From Candidatus Methylomirabilia bacterium (GTDB lineage Bacteria; Methylomirabilota; Methylomirabilia; Rokubacteriales; CSP1-6): a DNA stretch of 20,643 bases. Under the pieces are notes generated by a model. That model did not search any database and had not been told where the DNA came from. It was given only the letters and a program-made list of their open reading frames with translations. The position numbers were made by a program, and so were the translations under genes. Below, one piece after another: positions 8,208 through 16,749 of the stretch. Where the stretch lies: contig JBGQEL010000076.1 of the NCBI GenBank assembly GCA_041496385.1, forward strand, positions 1 through 20,643, given 5' to 3'. Within the stretch, counting starts at the first letter, position 1. The number at the start of each line of letters is the position of its first letter.

Positions 8208-10106
8208 ATGATCACGGTGATGCGCCGGTACCGGAAGGCCCTGCAGGTCGGCCTGCTCGTCGTGATCGCGGCGTTCATCGGCTCGCTCTTCGTCTTCGGC
8301 ACCCGCGGCATGGGCGGTGACGGGCCCGTGTCCGACGCCGTCGCCACGGTCAACGGCGAGTCCATCCCCTTCGACCGCTATCAGCGCCGCTACCAGGCCT
8401 ACATGGACGCCTACGCCCAGATGTATCGCGACCGCTTCTCGGCGGAGCTCGCCGAACGGCTCGGACTCCAGCAGCAGGTCGTGAACGACCTCGTGCAGGA
8501 AGCGCTGATCGTCCAGCGCGCCCACCGCGAAGGGCTCGAGGTGTCCGACGAGGAGCTCAACGCGCAGATCCAGGCGGTGCCGGGCTTCCAGGAGAACGGG
8601 CGGTTCACGCTCCGGCGCTACCAGGAGTTCCTGCGCCGGCGCGGCACGGGCGCCGCGCAGTTCGAGGCGGACGTCCGCCGCGAGCTCACGCGGCTCAAGG
8701 TGGAGGGGACGGTCCGGAGCGGCGTGAAGGTCGCGCCGGGCGAGGTCGAGCAGGCCTACGCGCTCCGCCGTGAGGAAGTGCGCGCGGCCTGGGCGCTCGT
8801 CGAGCTCGCCCCGATCCTCTCCGCCGCGAGCGCGACCGACCAGGAGCTCACGGCCTACCTCACCGCGCACCCCGAGGAGTTCCGCGAGCCCGAGCGGCGG
8901 CGGATCCAGTACGTCACGCTCGCGCAGAAGGACTTCGTCAAGGAGGTGCCCGCCACCGACGTCGAGAAGTACTACTCCGACCACGCGAAGGAGTTCGACG
9001 CGCCCCGGCAGGCGCGCGCGGCGCACGTGCTGGTCCGCGTGCCCGAGACGGGCGGCAGCGAGGCGGAGGACAAGGCGCGGGCGAAGGTGGCCGACGTCAT
9101 CCGGCGCGCCCGCGCCGGCGAGGACTTCGCGAAGCTCGCGCGGGAGCTCTCCGAGGACCCGGGCTCGGCCCCCAAGGGGGGCGACCTCGGCCTCGTCACC
9201 CAGGGCGAGATGGTTCCCGAGTTCGAGCGCGGGCTCTTCGCCCTGAAGAAGGGCGAGATCTCGGCGGAGCCCGTGCGCACGCCGTTCGGCTTCCACGCGA
9301 TCAAGGCGATCGAGCTGAAGGAGGGCGGACGGCGTCCCCTCAAGGACGTCGCGGGAGCGATCCGCGACCAGCTCGCCGCCGAGGCCGCCGACCGGGCGGC
9401 CAGGGCGCGCGCCGAGGAGGTGCGGCCGCTCCTCCAGGCCGCTCCGGATTTCGCCGCCGAGGCCAGGAAGCTCGGGCTGGCGGCGGCCGAGTCCACGCTC
9501 GCGCGGGCGGATCGCCTCGCGTCGCCCGGCGGGCCCGACCCGCTCGAGGACGCGGCGTTCGCGCTGGCCATCGGCGGCGTGTCGCCGCCCGTCAAGACGC
9601 CGGCGGGCCTCGTCGTCCTGAAGGCCGTCCGGACGATCCCGGCCGGCGTGCCGCCGCTCGCCGAGATCCGCGACCGGGTCACGGCGTCCGTGAAGCGCCA
9701 GAAGGCGGAGGCGCAGGCGCTCACGCGCGCGACCGAGCTCGCGGCCGCCGCCAAGGCCGGCGACTTCACCGCCGCGGCGAAAAAGGCGGAGGCCACCGCG
9801 GGCGAGACGCCGCGCTTCTCGCGCGCCCGGCCCGCCGACAAGCTTCCCGGCGACGCGATGCTCGCCGCCCTGCAGGCGCCGGCCGGCGCCATCACGGGGC
9901 CCGTCAAGGCCGCGCAGGGCTACTACGTGCTGAAGGTGCTGGAGCGGGCGGCGCCGGACATGAGCGGGTTCCCGACCGAGCGCGAGAAGCTCGCGAAGGA
10001 GATCCTCGCGCAGAAGCAGGGCCAGGCGTGGGACTCCTGGCTCGTCGGCGCCCGCGCCGGCGCCAAGATCGACGTCTCGAGCCGGCTCCAGCCCCGCCGG
10101 GGATGA
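8208..10106 (+). CDS. ppiD: PpiD-like membrane-anchored chaperone / parvulin peptidyl-prolyl isomerase
   Basis: N-terminal TM, VATVNGESI, SurA-N-like helices, parvulin motifs ARAAHVLV..FAKLARELSEDPGSAPKGGDLG..MVPEFE..TPFGFH. 632 aa. Confidence 0.85.
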   Translation: MITVMRRYRKALQVGLLVVIAAFIGSLFVFGTRGMGGDGPVSDAVATVNGESIPFDRYQRRYQAYMDAYAQMYRDRFSAELAERLGLQQQVVNDLVQEALIVQRAHREGLEVSDEELNAQIQAVPGFQENGRFTLRRYQEFLRRRGTGAAQFEADVRRELTRLKVEGTVRSGVKVAPGEVEQAYALRREEVRAAWALVELAPILSAASATDQELTAYLTAHPEEFREPERRRIQYVTLAQKDFVKEVPATDVEKYYSDHAKEFDAPRQARAAHVLVRVPETGGSEAEDKARAKVADVIRRARAGEDFAKLARELSEDPGSAPKGGDLGLVTQGEMVPEFERGLFALKKGEISAEPVRTPFGFHAIKAIELKEGGRRPLKDVAGAIRDQLAAEAADRAARARAEEVRPLLQAAPDFAAEARKLGLAAAESTLARADRLASPGGPDPLEDAAFALAIGGVSPPVKTPAGLVVLKAVRTIPAGVPPLAEIRDRVTASVKRQKAEAQALTRATELAAAAKAGDFTAAAKKAEATAGETPRFSRARPADKLPGDAMLAALQAPAGAITGPVKAAQGYYVLKVLERAAPDMSGFPTEREKLAKEILAQKQGQAWDSWLVGARAGAKIDVSSRLQPRRG

Positions 10107-10552
10107 GGAGAAGACGCGTGCGACCGTTCGCGAGAGTCATGATCGCCCTGGGCCTGGCCGTCCTGCTGCTGGCGCCGACCGCGCCGGTCGCGGCGCAGCA
10201 GCTCCTGAAGCTCAAGGTGGCCTTCTGCACGCGCACGATCGACGCCGCCGTCGCGCCGTTCGCCGCGGCGATGCGGATGGGCTGGTACCGGCAGGAGGGA
10301 TTCGACGTCGAGGTGATCCCGCTGCCCGGCTCGACCGACTGCGTGAAGTTCGTCGTCACCCGGGAAATGGACTTCTCGCTCCCGAGCATCGAGCCGATCG
10401 CCATCGGCCGGCCGCAGGGCCTCAAGTGGGGGATCATCAAGGAGCGCGTGGACGTCAAGGATCTCGTGACGAACGAGCTGATCGACGAGATCAACCGCTT
10501 CGACGCCGCGGCGATCGCGGCGGAGGCACGGGCCTGGAAGCCGGGCAGGTGA
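10103..10552 (+). pseudogene. Internally deleted (in-frame) NMT1/THI5/SsuA-like ABC substrate-binding protein
   Basis: ATG overlaps the ppiD stop. Signal peptide, then MGWYRQEGFDVEVIPLPGS..DF, joined directly to a C-terminal-like WGIIKERVDVKDLVTNELIDEIN. Only 149 aa. Confidence 0.6.
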
Positions 10553-11298
10553 GTCGCCGAAGGGTCCTGGTGGTCGACGACGACGACGACGTCCGCCAGA
10601 CCCTGTCGGACCTGCTGCGGCTGCACGGATTCGACGTCAGCGAGGCGTCCGACGGGCTGATCGCCTGGACCCAGATCCGCCAGAACGCGCCGCACGCCGT
10701 GCTGCTCGATCTCGCCATGCCGAGGCTCGGCGGCCTCGAGACCCTCAAGGCCATCCGGGCGTTCAATCCGGCGATCGTCACGATCATCGTCACCGGCTTC
10801 GCGGACCCCGACACGCACCGCCGCGCGCTGGAGCTGGGCGCGGCCGCCGTGCTCGACAAACCCGTCGGCTGGGCCCAGCTCGAGAAGGCCCTCGGGGGGC
10901 CGACCGGCGCGAGCCCGGCACCCGCGCGGGTGCTGGTCGTCGACGACGACATGGGCGTCCGCGACTACCTGCGCGATCTGCTCGTCGCCCACGGGTACGA
11001 CGTCGCCACCGCCGCGAACGGCGACCTGGCGCTGCAGGAGCTGTCCCGGGGCGCCCCCGACGTCGTGCTCCTCGACGTCGTCATGCCGGGGCTGAACGGC
11101 GTCGAGATCCTCCAGGCGATCGGGACGATCGCGCCGCGCGTGAAGGTCATCATCGTCAGCGGCGAGGCGACGCCGATCCAGCGGATGCGGACGCTGGCGC
11201 TCGGCGCCTTCGACTACGTGTTCAAGCCCGTGAATTCCGAGCGCCTCCTGCGGAGCGTCGACCTCGCCGTCAGCATGAAGCAGGTCGAGTCGCTCTAG
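10549..11298 (+). CDS. Second response regulator with two tandem receiver domains and no output domain
   Basis: GTG at 10549 overlaps the upstream TGA. VLVVDDDDD..LDLAMPRLGG..TG..KP and VLVVDDD..LDVVMPGLNG..SG..KP. Confidence 0.88.
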   Translation: MSRRRVLVVDDDDDVRQTLSDLLRLHGFDVSEASDGLIAWTQIRQNAPHAVLLDLAMPRLGGLETLKAIRAFNPAIVTIIVTGFADPDTHRRALELGAAAVLDKPVGWAQLEKALGGPTGASPAPARVLVVDDDMGVRDYLRDLLVAHGYDVATAANGDLALQELSRGAPDVVLLDVVMPGLNGVEILQAIGTIAPRVKVIIVSGEATPIQRMRTLALGAFDYVFKPVNSERLLRSVDLAVSMKQVESL

Positions 11299-11343
11299 GG
11301 GCGGGCCGGCGCCGCCGCCGTCGCGTGTTAGGTTAGAGGAGCC

Positions 11344-11823
11344 ATGTCGGTCCCGCGGACCCCGATGACCCGCCCGGGCTACGAGAAGCTGAAGGACGAG
11401 CTGGAGCGCCTCAAGCGCTTCGACCGCCACGCGATCACGAAGGCCATCGCCGAGGCGCGCGCGCACGGCGACCTCTCCGAGAACGCGGAGTATCACGCGG
11501 CGCGAGAGAAGCAGAGCTTCATCGAGGGCCGCATCGCCGAGCTGGAGACGAAGGTGGGCGGCGCGGAGGTCATCGAGCCGCCGACCTCGGGCGACCGCGT
11601 CACCTTCGGCTCGACCGTCCTGCTGGAGGACGAGACCGGCAAGGAGTTCCGCTATCAGATCGTCGGCTCCGACGAGACCGAGCCCGCGAAGGGGAGGATC
11701 TCGATCCTCGCCCCGCTCGCGCGGACGCTCATCGGCAAGAAGGTCGGCGACAGCGTGACCGCGCAGCTGCCGGGCGCGAAGAAGACGTTCGAGATCCTCA
11801 AGGCCAACTTTCCCTGGGACTGA
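11344..11823 (+). CDS. greA: Transcription elongation factor GreA
   Basis: AIAEARAHGDLSENAEYHAARE, VTFGSTV, YQIVG, ISILAPLARTLIGK. GAGGAG RBS upstream. Confidence 0.96.
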   Translation: MSVPRTPMTRPGYEKLKDELERLKRFDRHAITKAIAEARAHGDLSENAEYHAAREKQSFIEGRIAELETKVGGAEVIEPPTSGDRVTFGSTVLLEDETGKEFRYQIVGSDETEPAKGRISILAPLARTLIGKKVGDSVTAQLPGAKKTFEILKANFPWD

Positions 11824-11839
11824 TTCCGGAGGCCCACCG

Positions 11840-13006
11840 ATGCCCCTACCACTCGAACACCTCACCGTCATCGACCTCACGCGCGCCCGCTCCGGCCCGA
11901 CCGCCGTGCGCCGGCTCGCCGACATGGGCGCCAACGTCATCAAGGTGGAGGCGCGCGAGGAGATGGAGGGCGACTCCACCGCGCTCGGCTTCGACTTCCT
12001 GAACCTCCACCGGAACAAGCGCGCGCTCACGCTCGACCTCAAGCACCCGCGCGGGATCGAGGTCTTGAAGAAGCTCGTCGCCCGCGCCGACGTGGTCGTC
12101 GAGAACTTCCGCCCCGACGTGAAGAAGCGGCTGGGCATCGACTACGAGACGCTCTCGAAGCTCAATCCGCGCCTCGTGTACGGCTCCATCTCGGGCTTCG
12201 GTCAGACGGGCCCGTACGCCGACCGGCCGGGCTACGATCAGATCGCGCAGGGCATGGGCGGGCTCATGTCCATCACCGGCCTGCCGGGGCAGGGGCCGGT
12301 CCGTGTCGGCATTCCGGTGGCGGACCTCACCGCCGGGATGTACCTCGCCGAGGGGATCCTCGTCGCGCTGCTCGAGCGCGAGAAATCGGGCAAGGGGCAA
12401 TGGGTGCACACCTCGCTCTTGCAGGCGATGGTCACGATGCTCGACTTCCAGGCCGCGCGCTGGCTCGTCGACGGCGAGATCCCGCCCCAGGCGGGCAACG
12501 ACCACCCGACCGGCATCCCCACCGGCGTGTTCACCACCGCCGACGGCCATATCAACGTCGCCGCCTCGGGGCAGACGATGTACCGCCGCCTCTGCACCGC
12601 GATCGGCGTGCCCAAGCTGATCGACGATCCGCGATTCAAGACGATTCACGATCGCTCGAAGAACCGCAAGGCCATGAACGCCGAGCTGGACAAGGCGCTC
12701 GTGAAGCGGACCAGCGCCGAGTGGATCGACGTCCTCAACAAGGCCGGCGTGCCCTCGGGCCCGATCTACAACGTCAAGCAGGTCTTCGAGGATCCGCAGA
12801 TCCAGCACCTCGGCATGGCCCAGCCCGTGCGCCATCCGGAGCGCGGCGAGATGAAGGTGCAGGGGCTTCCGGCCACCCTCTCGCGTACGCCCGGCGCCAT
12901 CCGGCGCCCGGCACCGACGCACGGCCAGCACACCGACGAGATCCTGAAGGAGATCGGCTACACCGCCGACGAGATCGCCGCGCTCAAGAAGGCCGGCGCG
13001 GTCTAG
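11840..13006 (+). CDS. Class III (CaiB/BaiF/Frc) CoA-transferase
   Basis: VIDLTRARSGP, LADMGANVIKVE, HRNKR, DVVVENFRP, SISGFGQTGPY, GYDQIAQGMGG, GQHTDEIL. GGAGG RBS. Confidence 0.93.
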   Translation: MPLPLEHLTVIDLTRARSGPTAVRRLADMGANVIKVEAREEMEGDSTALGFDFLNLHRNKRALTLDLKHPRGIEVLKKLVARADVVVENFRPDVKKRLGIDYETLSKLNPRLVYGSISGFGQTGPYADRPGYDQIAQGMGGLMSITGLPGQGPVRVGIPVADLTAGMYLAEGILVALLEREKSGKGQWVHTSLLQAMVTMLDFQAARWLVDGEIPPQAGNDHPTGIPTGVFTTADGHINVAASGQTMYRRLCTAIGVPKLIDDPRFKTIHDRSKNRKAMNAELDKALVKRTSAEWIDVLNKAGVPSGPIYNVKQVFEDPQIQHLGMAQPVRHPERGEMKVQGLPATLSRTPGAIRRPAPTHGQHTDEILKEIGYTADEIAALKKAGAV

Positions 13007-13019
13007 GACGGGGACGAGC

Positions 13020-14663
13020 ATGGCGGACGCGATCACGGTCCTGAACCCGGCGGGCTTTCCCCCGAAGGTCACCCGCCAGGCGCTCGCGCCGCGCCTGGAC
13101 ACGCTCGAGGGCAGGACGGTCTACCTCGTCGATTGCCGCTTCGACGACTCCGATATCTTCCTGGGCCAGATGCAGGCGTGGTTCGCCCAGCATCTGCCGG
13201 GCGTGCGGACGGTCCTCAAGCGGATCTCGAACGTCTACCTGCACGACGATCCCGCGACCTGGGAGGAGATCAAGGCGAGGGGCGCCGCCGCCATCCTCGG
13301 CGTCGGGCACTGAAGCACCTGCGCGCCGGCGGTCGCCGCGCACGCGATGACGGTGGAGACGAGGTACGGCGTTCCCACGGTCGCCGTGCACACGGACACG
13401 TTCGACCGCGTCGTGCGCTCCGTGGCCGAGGTGAACGGCATGCCGGGCCTCCGGCAGGTCTTCGTGCCCCAGCCCATCATGGGCAAGACGCCCGCCCAGC
13501 TCCGCGCCTACGTCGACGGCCGTGATCCGATCACCGGCCACCCCGTCATGCAGGAGATCGTCGAGGGGCTGACGCGGCCCCTGACCGACGCGGATCTCGG
13601 GCCCGTCGAGTTTGACCGCGGGACCCCCCGGCTGCTCGCGCCCGACACCGAGGAACGCCTCCACCGCCTGTTCCTCGAGCGCCGCTGGACGGATTTCCTG
13701 CCCATCGTGCTCCCGACCGAGGCCCGCGTTGCGGAGATGCTGGCCGGCACGCGCCGCAAGCCCGACGAGGTCGTGGGGCGCATGCGGTCCACGCATTTCC
13801 GCGAATACTGGTCGTACACGGTCGAGAAGGTCGCGGTGAATGCGGTGATGGCGGGCGCGCGGCCGGAATACTTCCCCGTGATCCTCGCCCTCGCGGCGAC
13901 CGGCGTGACCGCGCGCAGCAGCAGCTCGAGCGCGATGGCCGCGATGGCCGTGGTCAACGGGCCCGTGCGCGGGGAGCTCGGGATGAACGCGGGGACCGGC
14001 GCGATGGGACCGTACAGCCACGCGAACGCCACCATCGGCCGCGCCTACGGCCTGCTGTCGCAGAACCTCCAGGGCGGCTCGGTGCCCGGGCTCAGCTACA
14101 TGGGCAACCAGGGCAACAACTACGCCTACAACAGCGTCACCTTCGCCGAGAACGAGGAGCGGAGCCCGTGGGAGCCGTTCCATGTCCAGCACGGCTTCCG
14201 GCCCTCCGACAGCACGGTGAGCGTGTTCAGCGGCTGCCGCTCCACCGCGTTCACGCTCGGTCTGCGCGCCCGGCACTGGCGCGCGCACGTCGGGAATCTC
14301 CTGCGCGGGATGGATCCCAACGGCCCGCCCACGCTCCTGCTCGATCCCATCGCGGCGCGCCAGTTCGTCGATCGGGGCGGCTTCACGACGAAGGCGGCGC
14401 TCCTCGACTGGCTCCACGACGCCGCGCGCATGCCCGCGAGCGAGTACTGGGACTACCAGCTCGTGCAGAACTACATCTACCCGCGCGCGACCTTCGGCGA
14501 AGAGCCCTGGGCGTCGATGCTTCGGGCCGCGCCCGACGAGCTCATCCCGATGTTCCGGCGCGAGGACATCCAGGTGGTGGTCGTGGGCGGCGAGACGAAC
14601 GGCTACTGGCGCATCATGGGCTGCGCCTATCAGAAGACGGTCTCGGTCGACGAGTGGCGGTAG
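13020..14663 (+). CDS. Putative 547-aa selenoprotein: UxxC (UGSC-family-like) domain fused to a conserved uncharacterised domain; Sec at codon 98 (TGA 13311-13313)
   Basis: ORFs 13020..13313 and 13347..14663 share a frame. Read-through gives AILGVGH-U-STCAPAVAAHAMTVETRYGVPTVAV. No RBS before ATG 13347. SECIS-like hairpin follows the TGA. Confidence 0.82.
13323..13341 (+). promoter_or_regulatory. Candidate bacterial SECIS element
   Basis: GCG[C]CGGC-GGTC-GCCGCGC forms a 7-bp stem with one 5' bulge and a GGUC loop starting 17 nt after the UGA. Folded by eye. Confidence 0.65.
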
Positions 14664-14678
14664 GCCCGCGATGGGGTT

Positions 14679-15812
14679 CTAGCGCAGCGCCTCGCGCAGT
14701 TCGCGCGTGAGGATCTCGACGGTCCCGCGCGTGCCGCCCGCGAGCTTCAGCTTCCACTCGCCCTCGGTCTCGAAGCGCCGGTCGCGCAGGCGCTCGCCCC
14801 AGGGCTTGATGGCCTCCCGGATCGCGTTGAGGTCGGCCGGGTCGCGCCGCAGCTCCTTCGCGCGCGCCATGACGTCGGGGGCCGCGCGGATGAAGGCCCG
14901 GAGCGCCGCGCCCGTCTTGATCGAGTACTTCCGTCCCGCCCAGGCGCTCGGGAACGTCGTCGAGAGCGCCTTGACGTAGTTCAGGAAGAAGCGCTTGGCG
15001 CCGTGTCGGATCTCCTGGATCTTGCCGCTGCTCCCGAGCTTCTCCACCGTCTCGAGGAACTCCACGATCTCCTCGGCCAGCGGCGCCTGGCTCACGCGCC
15101 CGCGTCCGGTGCCGAGCATCTTGATCTCGCCGTGGAGCGGCGAGGTGTCGTCCTCGTTGAGCGAGCGGATGACGTCGTGCGCCAGCGCCTGGTTCGGGTC
15201 CGGGTAGAGTTTGCGGCCCGAGAGACTGATGATGTGCGACGGGTTGAGGCGCGTGTGCTTGGCGTTGATCGTCACGAACAGCTCGACGATCTGCCGCGCG
15301 TCGAGGGAGTCGAAGAGGACGGCCGGGACCTCCAGCGCGAAGTTCTCGCCCTGCTGACCCAGCGCGTGGAGCGCCAAAAGGCGGTGCTGGCCGTCCAACA
15401 CGCGCAGCACGCCGTGCTCCTCGGGGATCTGGAGCAGCCCGAGGTCGTGGTGGCCCGCGACCGGGGTGAAGGTGAAGCGTTTCTCGGAGGTGATGATGAC
15501 CGCGCCGGGAATCGCGGGCAGCGTCGCCGCGTCCTTGCACTCGCGGTAGTAGGCGACCAGCTCGTCGATCTTCCGCCGGATGACCGGCCGCTGGTACGCG
15601 GTCTCGCTCTCGCCGATCCGCCTCTCGAGCATGTCCCAGTTCACTCGCGCGCGGCTGGCGCGAGTCTTCTTTTTCGGCTGTTCGCTCTGCGGCCCGCCGG
15701 AATAGCCGAGGACCTCGAACTTCACCAGCCGGTCGATGTCCTTGGCCGAGAGGCCCGCCTGGTAGAACTCGACGCCGAACTGTTTTACGCGGCGCGCTGG
15801 GACCGTGATCAT
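14679..15812 (-). CDS. DGQHR-domain (DndB-like) protein
   Basis: YQR motif, IPGAVII, VLDGQHRLLAL, LFVTINAKH. Confidence 0.9.
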   Translation of the reverse strand: MITVPARRVKQFGVEFYQAGLSAKDIDRLVKFEVLGYSGGPQSEQPKKKTRASRARVNWDMLERRIGESETAYQRPVIRRKIDELVAYYRECKDAATLPAIPGAVIITSEKRFTFTPVAGHHDLGLLQIPEEHGVLRVLDGQHRLLALHALGQQGENFALEVPAVLFDSLDARQIVELFVTINAKHTRLNPSHIISLSGRKLYPDPNQALAHDVIRSLNEDDTSPLHGEIKMLGTGRGRVSQAPLAEEIVEFLETVEKLGSSGKIQEIRHGAKRFFLNYVKALSTTFPSAWAGRKYSIKTGAALRAFIRAAPDVMARAKELRRDPADLNAIREAIKPWGERLRDRRFETEGEWKLKLAGGTRGTVEILTRELREALR

Positions 15813-15821
15813 AGGGGCGAC

Positions 15822-15873
15822 ACTCTACCCTGATCGGCAAACCCTTGTCAATAGAGGGATTTTCGGCCAAGAT
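15822..15873. promoter_or_regulatory. Back-to-back sigma70-type promoters with overlapping -35 boxes (DGQHR and EamA genes)
   Basis: Minus strand: TTGACA (15851-15846), 18 nt, TAGAGT (15827-15822), 9 nt before the ATG. Plus strand: TTGTCA (15845-15850), 17 nt, CAAGAT (15868-15873), 6 nt before the GTG. Confidence 0.65.
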
Positions 15874-15879
15874 GGCCGG

Positions 15880-16740
15880 GTGACGGGACCCGCCCTGGCC
15901 CTGGTCGTGTCCGCGGCCATCCTCCACGCGGTCTGGAACGCGCTCGCCAAGCGCGCGCAGGATCAGCTCGTTTTCCTCTGGTCCTCGGTGGCCGTCGCCT
16001 CGGTCGTCCTGGCCCCTTTGGGGGTTCTCCGGCTTCCCCCGGGGGGTGTCCCATCCGCCGCCCTGCCCTTCGTGGCCGCGACGATCCTGATCCACGCGGT
16101 CTACTTCTTCGCGCTCGGCCGCGCCTACCGTCACGGCGACTTCTCGCGCGTCTACCCGATCGCCCGCGGGCTGGGCGTGGCACTCGTGCCGCTCGTCGCG
16201 CTGGCCCTCTTCGACGAGTGGCTCTCGCGCCTCGGGACGCTCGGCGTGGCGCTGGTCGTGACGGGCATCGTGAGCCTGAGCCTGGCCGCGCGCCCCGCGG
16301 GCGCCGGGGGGACGGCGGGCCGGCGGCGCGGCACCGCGTGGGCGTTGCTGACCGGCGTGATCATCGCGGCCTACTCGCTCGTGGACAAGGCGGGCGTCGG
16401 GCACCTCGACCCGGTCCCGTACATCTCGCTGATGGGGGTCGGCATGTCCGCGCTCCTCGCGCCGGTCGTCCTCGCCGGTCGCGGCGCCCTCGCCCGCGAG
16501 TGGAAGGTCAACTGGCGGGCAATTCTAATAGCGTCCTCGATGAACCTCACGAGCTACCTGCTCGTGCTCTTTGCCTTCAGGCTCTCCAAGGTGGGCTACG
16601 TCGTCGCGGCGCGCGAGCTGTCGATCCTCTTCTCCGCGTTCATCGGGAGTCTCTGGCTCGGCGAGGGACGGCTCGGCCCGCGGCTCGCCGGCGCGTCGAT
16701 CGTCCTCGCCGGCGTCGCCTGCATCGCGCTGGCGCGCTGA
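15880..16740 (+). CDS. EamA/DMT family transporter
   Basis: About 10 TM helices. AILHAVWNALAK, GDFSRVYPIARG, YSLVDK, VAARELSILF. GTG 15880 is preferred over 15805, which overlaps the divergent gene. Confidence 0.9.
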   Translation: MTGPALALVVSAAILHAVWNALAKRAQDQLVFLWSSVAVASVVLAPLGVLRLPPGGVPSAALPFVAATILIHAVYFFALGRAYRHGDFSRVYPIARGLGVALVPLVALALFDEWLSRLGTLGVALVVTGIVSLSLAARPAGAGGTAGRRRGTAWALLTGVIIAAYSLVDKAGVGHLDPVPYISLMGVGMSALLAPVVLAGRGALAREWKVNWRAILIASSMNLTSYLLVLFAFRLSKVGYVVAARELSILFSAFIGSLWLGEGRLGPRLAGASIVLAGVACIALAR

Positions 16741-16749
16741 GGGCCTGGT

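Noticed and set aside
13020..13313. Separate 97-aa gene or nonsense-mutated pseudogene
   Set aside because: The TGA falls exactly in a UxxC context followed by a SECIS-like hairpin and in-frame coding sequence, so recoding is the simpler explanation, though not proven.
1148..15812. Defence island made of the HD dNTPase and the DGQHR gene
   Set aside because: They are 12 kb apart, separated by core genes (trmI, ppiD, greA), with no integrase, transposase or visible compositional shift.
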